From: the human T2T-CHM13v2.0 reference genome, Homo sapiens
Direction: 5' to 3' (one strand)
NCBI RefSeq assembly: GCF_009914755.1
Contig: NC_060926.1
DNA: 64,000 nucleotides
A model generated the notes under the pieces. That model had not been told where the DNA came from. It did not search any database and saw nothing but the letters and a program-made list of their open reading frames with translations. Positions 55,098 through 64,000 of this stretch are shown piece by piece. Each line of letters begins with the position of its first letter. Within the stretch, counting starts at the first letter, position 1. The position numbers were made by a program, and so were the translations under genes.

Positions 55098-55119
55098 CCT
55101 TCTGGTAAACCCTTATCTT

Positions 55120-55340
55120 TGCAAGCCACTTGGCTCTGCATCTTACTTCTACCACCGCTTGGATCCTCACAACAACCCTATGATGTAGGCGCTCTTATGA
55201 GTCCCATTTTGCAAATGACAAAACTGAGGCACAGAAGCATTAAATAATATACCTCAACTCACAATGCTAGCAAAAGACATAGCTGGAATTCATATGTAGG
55301 CATGTCTGGCTCCAGTAGTTCAAGTTCTTAGGCACTAGGC
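55120..55340 (-). mobile_element. MIR
   Basis: cctcacaacaaccctatgatgtagg...cccattttgcaaatgacaaaactgaggcacaga. Confidence 0.85.
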
Positions 55341-56029
55341 TAGACAGGACTGTCTCATCAACAAATTTCTAAGTCTAGAAGGACCTGAGAGACCATCTAA
55401 TACAATCCAACTCTCTGAAAGATTAACTGATGTGTAAAAACTCAACTGGCTAGTTAGTGGTAGGCTAGGACCAGACCTCTAGAATCTCTGGCAGATATAT
55501 TGCAACAAATAAGACCCAGGGTTTATCTAGTGGTCAAATTGTGCCAGCCACTGAGCTGTGCATATCTGAAATATATTATCTCATTAGTCCTATCAACAAC
55601 TCCAGGCACTATATTACCTCTACCCTATGAAACAGGTAATTGAAGCACAGTAAGTTTATACAGAGTCACACAGAGCTAATAAGCCAGGATTCAAACATTG
55701 CTAGTCAGTCTCCAAAGCACAGGCTGTTGACTACCATCCACCAGGGCTCAGGTAAGGAAAATGGCCCAATGTGGTGGTTCCAAAGTCTCCTCTACTCCTA
55801 AGACCTGCACTCCACATCCCTGGGTTGAGTCTTGGCACTGGCCTTTCTTTTATCATCGTCTGAGCTCACTCCCTTTCTGTGGTTTGGCACTGACCACAGA
55901 CTGTCTTTTGAGCCAGTTCCTGAGTGACTGTACGGAATCCCTTTTTCACTTAAGCAATTCCTAAAACTACGTTGACGTAAATCCAGCAAAGAGTACGAGA
56001 ATAGTCATCCCCCAATTTCTCAATGTGTT

Positions 56030-57650
56030 TTAATCTTAAAAAATATTCCCCAAGAATTATGCAAACAATATGAATACTTTTATGACTCTTAGTACATGTT
56101 ACCAAATTGTCTCCAAAAAAGATTGTGAAAATATACAGTCAGCAGCAAAATATGAGAATATCATGTCATCATTAGCATTGGATATTTTCATTCAACTCTA
56201 TTAACAACTTTAAAAACAAAATGCTTTATTATTTTAGTGTGCATTTATTCAATTATAACTGAAATTGAACATTTTTCTGATATTAAAATAGTTGTATTTC
56301 TTTTATAAGTTATCTGTTCATATCCCTCTTTTTAATGCAACTGTCTGCTGCATATTTAATTTCAAAATTTATTACCATAGGTAATAAATATTAAATCTCT
56401 ATGTTTAAGTGCTATTTCCTTTCCAACTTCTAATTTTGCTTCAGTTACTTATTGATTACAATGGTCAGAGAATTTTTGGTTTTATTGTTTATGTCCCTTA
56501 TACCATCCTCTAATAATATTTTTTCACTGTAAGTCACAGTTTTATTCTTTTAAGATTCCCATATAAGACAAATAGTTTTAAATATGCTTGCTATTGAATG
56601 CCAAAAAGGCTTTAAGGCAATAATTTTTTTCTGATTATACTTTTTATACATCTCATACATTTTAGTTAAAATGTTCTTCATAATTCTATAAAACATACAC
56701 TTATTTAGACAGCATTTTTGGGCCTGAGTTGTCAAAATATTTCAAGTTTATATTATTTATTTCTATTTTTATTGTATTACAATCAGACAATGTTATACTA
56801 CTGTATATTATAATAAATTATTATTATTACGGTTTTGTATATGTGAATATTTGGCCTATTATGAAAATGCTTCATATGTGCTTCAGGAGAAATATACTCT
56901 TGCTTTTAGCAATACACACTGTAATATGTCTTTTAATCTTACTTTGTAATTATTTAATTTTTCTGTTTCCTTACCTTTTCTTCCAGAATGACTTTTAGAA
57001 TCAAAATGTCCCATTTCTATCATGTTTATGTCATTTTTCTCCACATATGTTAAACATTTTTTGAGACATAAATGTCATTGCAATATTACTTGGATCATAG
57101 TTTCAGTACTACTGTTATTTACTAGTAATTCTAATTTTACAAATATAAGATAATTCTCTATGAAATTTAAGATATCTTGTTTGTTCCTATCTAATTATAT
57201 TTACTTTGATTTCTTGCTCTTTATTGTTTATAGTTCACTGACATATTACTCTTACTGTTAATATTTTAATATCATTTTCCTTCTTTTGCATTTTCAAAAA
57301 ATCTGAAACCTTATTTACCACAGACTTATTAGTAAATAAATAGTATTAAAAGTATTATTATACATATTATATATGTTATATTTGACTTCTGTATAATTTT
57401 TAGCTTGATATTTACTTTTTCATTCAATAATTTCTTATTGATATTTATTTTTACCTTCTTGATTTTTAAAAATATAATTTATACTGCTTTTTAATTCTGC
57501 TTCTAATTTCATGAAAGTTTTTTACATACATTTTCAACCCACATTTATCCTACTTTAAGAACTCATCATTTTTATGCCAATCATGGTGGACAAGAAATTT
57601 AGTGTGTAGGTTTATATTTTTCATCCTGATACTTATTAGATGTTAAATTA
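56030..57650 (-). mobile_element. Highly diverged L1ME fragments
   Basis: Very T-rich, with antisense L1 ORF2-like motifs. Confidence 0.55.
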
Positions 57651-57659
57651 TCATTTGAA

Positions 57660-59420
57660 AAAAAATAGGAAGAAAATTTCTCGGAAAATATAAGGCCGGG
57701 AGAGAAGTCTAGCCTTAGCAGATATTAAAACATATTATAAAGCCTCATAGCATTGACTCTTAAACATACAAAAATACCAACAGAACAAAACAACAAATAC
57801 TGAAACAGACCCAAATGCATATAGAAATTTAGTGTACAATAAGGATAGCATCTCAAATTGGTGGGAAAATAATCAACTTTTTAAAAAGTGGTACTTGAAT
57901 AACTGAGTAGCCAGATGGAAAAAAGATAAAAACTAGATTTATTCTTTTTTGGTACATTAAGATAAATGTAAAATACAAGAGAGATTTAAATAGGTAAAAT
58001 ATAAAATCTATATGAGTATGAAAGAAAATATAAATGAATTTCACTATAGGATAAATTTTCTATGATTCAAAATTTAGAAAATAAAAAAGTTATAAATTTG
58101 ACAAGACACAATATCTTTAGAAAATTTTTTATAGCAAAAAGTTTTGTAAGCAAATTATTTATTGATAAGTGACAAATAAAAGCTGAAAAACATATTTGAA
58201 AATTAACCACAGAAAAGTGCTAATATTCCTAATGTATAAAGAACTTATAAAATAGAGAAAAAGGGCAATAACCCAAAGAACACCAAACAGGATATATGAG
58301 CAAACTGTTCACAGAAAAAAAAATGTAAATGGCTCTTAAAATGTGAAAAGATGGTCAATCTTGCTCATAATGGAAAAAAATGAATTAAAACTACATAAAG
58401 ATATCACTTGTCACTATTAGATTGGCAAAATAGAATATATTTTTATAACATATTGATGAGGTTGTAGAGAAACAAGTATTTTTGTGCTTTGCTGGTGGGA
58501 ATGCAAATAGCACAATCCCTGTGTACAGGAATTTGGCAACATCTGCCAAAATTGTATATCCATATGGCCATTGACCCAAGAATCCTACCTCTGGGATGCA
58601 ATCTCAAAGATATCCTGGCAAAATATGAAAAGATACATACACAGGTTATTTATGACAGTGCTTTTGTAATGCGAAAAGAAAGGAAGCAATTCAAATGCTT
58701 ATTAATATGGAATTGATTAATAAACAATGGTACATCCACACAAGGAAATACTATACATCTGTAAAAGACTATCTCTATAAGCTATGGTGTTCTCCAGGAT
58801 ACATTGCTAAACAAGAAACAAAGAGTAAAGAACAATATACATAGTGTGGTGCCAAGAGACAGGGAATACACACATACACACACATACAAAATGGTAACTA
58901 ATTGTGATGATGGATGTGTCCGTTAATTTATTTATGGTAATAATTTCACAATGTATACATATAACAAGTCTTCTCATTGTATACCTTGAATATGTAGTTA
59001 TATTTGTCAATTATACTTTAATAAAGCTGGAAAGAATAATAACAAAAAATGACAATTGGTAAATAAAGAGAAAGAATCAAGCATTTCTCTTGACTTACCT
59101 ACACAAACTATACTTAAGATAAACAAATTGTTGATGTGGCTAAGGGTTTTTGTTGTTTTTCAAGCATTTCAGCTAATAAATAAGAAATAACATTTTTCAA
59201 TCCTCAATGAAACGATGAATCTAGAAAAAAATTTAGTTTCTGCTAAAAGCATTACGTAAAATACTAATGAAGGATTTATAAGGTATAATTCAGTTTGTTA
59301 GCATCTGCATACACCAAATAAACTAAATACCATAAAAGGAAGAGACCAGAGACTCGTCTATAGAAGCAAACACCAACAATTAAGGATTTTTGTCTTAAAA
59401 AAACAGCAATCAGATAAAGC
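57660..59420 (+). mobile_element. L1M ORF2 3' part and 3'UTR
   Basis: cagatattaaaacatattataaagc, gctggtgggaatgcaaatagcaca, gtcaattatactttaataaagctgg. Confidence 0.75.
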
Positions 59421-59428
59421 ATCTAGAT

Positions 59429-60024
59429 CAGCCCTGTACATTATTTTCTAAGCAATTGAAGTGTGGCTAATTTGAACTGAGATATGTTATAAGGGTAAAA
59501 TACACATGGGATTTTGAATACTTAGTACAAAAAGTAAAATACTTTATTAATATTTTAATATAGTATATATTAAAATGATAATATTGTGGATATACTGAGT
59601 TAAAATACTGCATAATATTAAAATCAATCTGACTTACTGCTTGTGGGAATGTCAAATGGTACACTCACTGTGGAGAAGAGTTTAGCTGTTTTCTAAAATC
59701 TTCAACCTATACCTACCATATGACCCAGTCATTTCACTCCTAGGTACTTACCCAAAAGAAAAGAAAGATTGTGTCCATAAAAGACTTATGAACAAATGTC
59801 ATAAGTAGCATTCATGGGGGTGGTGGATATATTCAATATCTTGATTCTGGTGATGGTTTCAAATTGTACACTTTAAATATGTTCAGTTTATTCTATGTCA
59901 ATTATCTTTAATAAAGCTATTATGAAATTAATTCCATCTGATTCTTAGTACTCTCTTTAGATATCTACTGGAAAATTTGCAATTACATATGTGGCTTGAA
60001 TTACAATTCTGTTGGACAGTGCTG
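59429..60024. mobile_element. MER33 (hAT-Charlie) split by an L1 3' fragment (about 59630-59930)
   Basis: tgtggctaatttgaactgagat...ggatatactgagttaaaata, resuming as aaaatttgcaattacatatgtggct...ttggacagtgctg; tctaga-centred target on both sides. Confidence 0.75.
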
Positions 60025-61275
60025 GTCTAGACCTAACCACCATTTTGTAGAAGATATGGGGGACAAAAAAGCACTTTAAGCAAACCATTGGAATTCAATC
60101 AACAAAACTCAGAATGTGGACACTGTAGAACAAATGACCAGATTTCTTCAACAGTTATATGACAAGGGAATTATGAAAATTAGATTAAAAAGGGAATAAT
60201 GAAAATTAGCAGTGTATGAGCTTTTTTGACTCTGATCTGAACAGTCAACCCAAATAGGAGATTTGACTACTGATTTTTTGAAGCCATTAGGGAGTTAACT
60301 ATTAATTATTTTGGGTATACTGGTTCATACAGACTCTCTCATCTCAGCCCACCAGAGAGGACAGCTCTGCTCTCCATAATGTCCACAAATGACAGACTGA
60401 GTAGCTTTACTTTCAAAATCTTCCTCACAAATTCCTGATTATTTGTCCTCCAGAGATGTGTATAGATTATCCCAGTAAGTGCTGAGGAAAAGAGACAACA
60501 TCACAACATCAACTATGACCATCCTCAGAGAATTAAGGATAAAGTAACACTTAGTAGCCATGGGAAAGTTATCAGTGACTGTGCCAATATGATGACTAGA
60601 TTCAGTAATAACACCCAGTAACTTCCCACTTTATTTTTTCACTTCCTTTTTTTTTTTTCCTGGAGTCCTCAGGCATTAATCTTGTTCTCCTTCACTGTAA
60701 CAACCATTTATTCTTCCTCCCATAACTTTTCCCTCAGTCATTTGTAAATAAAACTTGGGTACTCAGTTGTTTTTCACATCAGAACAAGCGAATAAGCCCA
60801 TACACTATTTCCTAAGCCTTCATTTGTAGTGATATACAGAGGGCTCAGATCTTTTTTAATGAAAAAAAAGTGAGGTTACTAAAAACAAATACAAATCACT
60901 GAGTTCCCTTTCATTTGTGCCTGGGTCTATTCTTTTATTGATGCAAGTCCTTTAGTTTTTCAAGCATATTACTACCACAAATGTGGTCCATAAACAGACA
61001 AGTCCAGAAACTGAGAGTAAGAATTTTGATATACTTGTATAGCAGTTTGGCAGAGTAATTATATGTCTTTTAAATCTAATAAAAATGGGGCTTATATTTT
61101 ATATTTTACGTTTAAATATTTACTTTTCTAGTAATTCATTTTTATTATATTAATTCATGATGGCTTAGAACTTAAAAAAAACTGTTCCAAAAAGAAGCAA
61201 ATATTTTTAACCCTAGTGAATAATGTCTGTCAAAATCTGGTTGATAGACCTTCTGCTTCTGAAACAGGTGCTTGT

Positions 61276-62124
61276 CAAGCTATGATTGCTACGGTTCATT
61301 TAAATCAGAGAAAAGGGGGAGATGCAGGGACACCCCCTGAAACTATTGCTACAGAATAAAAGATGAAATGATCCTGATTATTGAAAATACAAAATTGCAT
61401 GCAGGATCGTGTAAAGACAATGCCAGGTTGGACTGCCAGAATGAGCCAACAGTGTGTGATGTGCTTCCCCCTGCAGAGAGCCTATGAATGGACGTGCAGT
61501 CAAGGAGGTTTCGCATCACCAAGATTCCTATCCCAGAAAAGCAGATGTTCATAGCTCTGGGAATGGAATGCGACCCTTGTGGAGAGCCTATAAACAGACG
61601 CATGAGGGGCGCCTGTCCATATGGATAAGATAGGGCTATAAACGCCCTCATCTTGCCACGGCTCTTCTAGGCCTCTTTAGGGTTAAGGCATACTCCCTTC
61701 TGAGAATTTCTGGTCTAACCAGTTGTCTAGCTTCACATCCTGTTTCTATGGATTGTTTGTAACCAGCTTTTGCTGCAAGTGTTACTGCTGATTAATATCT
61801 TGCTAATCATAGGTTATGGAAAGACTGTGTTTCTGTTTTAAGGCTCTGTTAGAAATTATTGATGCACACACTATATTGTAAATTCTTATCTCTGTATACT
61901 GTACTTCTGCATACAGATGTTATGTTAAAGAATTACTTCATCCCCATGTGACCATCTCACCTCATAATCAAATGACCCTAAATCCCTCACTAACCTACCC
62001 CTGCCCTCACTAAACTTAATAATAAATTCTGGTATATCCAGTGCATTGGCAGCACCACGGGACCAGAAGGTGGTGACCCCCCTGGACCCAGCTTTCACAA
62101 AAAAAAAAAAAAAAAAAAAAAAAA
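61276..62124 (+). mobile_element. Processed (L1-mobilised) HERV-K-type fragment: env tail, PPT, MER11D-like U3-R, poly(A)
   Basis: PPT agagaaaagggggaga at 61307-61322, LTR starting TG at 61323, AATAAA at 62021-62026, A26 at 62099-62124, 12-bp direct repeat ACAGGTGCTTGT at 61264-61275 and 62126-62137. Confidence 0.85.
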
Positions 62125-62125
62125 C

Positions 62126-62200
62126 ACAGGTGCTTGTTACAAATGCAGATTCCTGGGCCCCACCTAGGACCAACTGAGAAAAGATTTGAGAATCTGTTTA
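62126..62200. mobile_element. MER5-like fragment (insertion target)
   Basis: gtgcttgttacaaatgcagattcctgggccccacc...gagaatctg. Confidence 0.65.
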
Positions 62201-62204
62201 TTTT

Positions 62205-63111
62205 TTACTTCAACATTTACTTATTTCTTAATTGACAATTAAAAATGGTATATTTTGATTGTGGGGTGGCTAAATCAAGCAAATTAACATATGCATTATC
62301 TTATTTTTGTCATAGCACACTTAAAATCTACTATCTTAGCAATTTTTTTTTTTTTTGAGATGGAGTCTTGTTCTGTCGCCCAGGCTGGAGTGAAGTGGTG
62401 TGATCTCAGCTCACTGCAACCTCCACCCCCGCTGGGGTTCAAGTCAAGTGATTCTCCTGCCTCAGCCTCCCAAGTAGCTAGGATTACAGGTACCCACCAT
62501 CATGCCTGGAGAATTTTTATACTTTTAGTAGAGACGGGGTTTTGCCATGTTGGCCAGGCTAGTATCGAACTTCTGAACTCAGGTGATCCACCCGCCTCGG
62601 CTGCCCAAAGTGCTGAGATTACAGGCATGAGCCACCGCTCCCGGCAGCAATTTTCAAAAATACATTATATTGTTTAGATATAGTCACTATATTGTAAAAT
62701 AGATCACTTGAACTTCTTCCTCCTTTCTAACTGAAAATTTTGTGTGCTTTGACCAATATGACCTCAACCTCCCTGACTTCAGGTCCTGGTAACCACCATT
62801 CTATTCTCTACTTCTATGAGTTTAACTTTGTTAGCTTCCACATATAAGCGAGATCCTGTGGTATTTGTCTATCTGTGCCTGGTTTATTTCACTTAACATA
62901 ATGCCCTCCAAGGTTATCCATGTTGTCACAAATGGTAAGATTTCTTTCTTTCTATGGCTGAATAATACTCCACTGTGTATATACCACATTTTCTTTATTC
63001 ATTCATGCATTGATGGACACTTAGGCTGTTGGCATATCTTAGCTATTATGAATAATGCAATGAACATGAGAGTACAGACATTGCTTAGATATACCGATTT
63101 CATTTGCTTTA
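62205..63111 (-). mobile_element. L1MA/MB 3' region, host to AluS and HSMAR2
   Basis: ctggtaaccaccattctattctctacttctatgag, tgcctggtttatttcacttaacataatg, gatggacacttagg. Confidence 0.85.
62343..62645 (-). mobile_element. AluS
   Basis: Full antisense dimer. TSD agcaatttt at 62338-62346 and 62646-62654. Confidence 0.92.
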
Positions 63112-63113
63112 TA

Positions 63114-64000
63114 TAAGGGGTCTTCAAAAAGTTCATGGAAAATGTGTGTCATGAAAAACTATGCATGGACTTCAAATTTTTTTGCACCAAAATAAACTCA
63201 AGCTAACTTGTTATAACATGTCTGAACAAGATCTATTCTGAGGCACTACAAAGGATAAAACATCAGTTTGAAAAGAGCCCCTAACACAAAATAACATGAA
63301 TTCTGCTAAAATAGAAGCAAGAACAAACATCAAAGTTATGGTGAAGCTTGGGTGGAAGCATAGTGAAGTCATTGATGTTTTACAAAAAGTTTATGAGAAC
63401 AATGCCCCAAAGAGATCAGCAGTTTATAAATGGAAAACTTATCTTAGGAAGAGATGAGATGATATTGAAGATGAAGACCACAGCAGTAGACCCTTCACAT
63501 CAATTTGTGAGGAAATAATTTTGTTTGTGCCCTAATTGAAGAGGACCAATTATTAACAGCAGAAATAATAGCCAACACCATAGACATCTCAATTAGCTCA
63601 GCTTACACAATTCTGACTGAAAAATTAAAGTTGAGCAAATGTTCCTCTTGATGGATGCCAAAACTGTTGTGCCCAGACCAGCTGCAGACAAGAGCAGAGC
63701 TTTCAATGGAAATTTTAAACAAGTGGGATCAAGATCCTGAAGCATTTCTTCAAAGAACTGGAACATGGCTTTACCAGTACAATCCTGAAGACAAAGCATG
63801 ACCAAAGCAATGGTTACCAATATGGTTACCAAAAGGTGGGAGTGGTCGAATCAAAGCAAAAGTAGACTGGTCAAGAGCAAAGGTCATGGCAACATGTTTT
63901 GGGGTGCTCAAGACATTTTTCTTGTTGACTTTCTAAAGGGCAAAAAAATAATAATAATGTCTGCTTATTATGAGAGTGTTTTGAGAAAGTTAGCCAAAGC
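63114..64000 (+). mobile_element. HSMAR2 mariner transposon, running off the window
   Basis: TA followed by TIR-like aggggtcttcaaaaagttcatggaaaatg, then a transposase remnant. Confidence 0.9.
63296..64000 (+). pseudogene. Disrupted HSMAR2 transposase
   Basis: ATG at 63296 reads MNSAKIEARTNIKVMVKLGWKHSEVIDVLQKVYENNAPKRSAVYKW..., then an early TGA and frameshifts. Confidence 0.85.

Overview
Primate (human-like) genomic DNA, not prokaryotic: AT-rich, CpG-depleted and dense in Alu, L1, L2, MIR, MaLR/ERV LTR and DNA-transposon relics, with one CpG island at about 43.4-44.3 kb. The island holds a minus-strand first coding exon (43638-43609, MWQPATERLQ, then GTAAGG) that I recognise from memory as the N-terminus of PID1 (NYGGF4/PCLI1). 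Positions 1-43608 are therefore PID1 intron 1 and 44-64 kb is upstream sequence. Two sense-oriented MaLR LTRs inside the intron (35202-35660 and 4471-5162) each encode a different ATG-initiated peptide ending at the same homologous phase-0 LTR splice donor. These peptides match the alternative PID1 N-termini I recall (MPRIAG...ASEM and MFSLPL...ASGT). Upstream lies an apparent L1-retrotransposed processed copy of a HERV-K-type (MER11D-like) transcript end: env tail, PPT, U3 and R, then poly(A) and a 12-bp TSD, with no U5. Also present are a perfect 16-bp GC inverted repeat at the promoter, an ATG-TAA start-stop element and an in-frame GUG in the 5' leader, tandem MADE1 elements and a dead HSMAR2 transposase. 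Repeat subfamily names come from recalled consensus sequences, and the boundaries of old repeats are approximate. Most ORFs in the supplied track are noise or repeat-derived.
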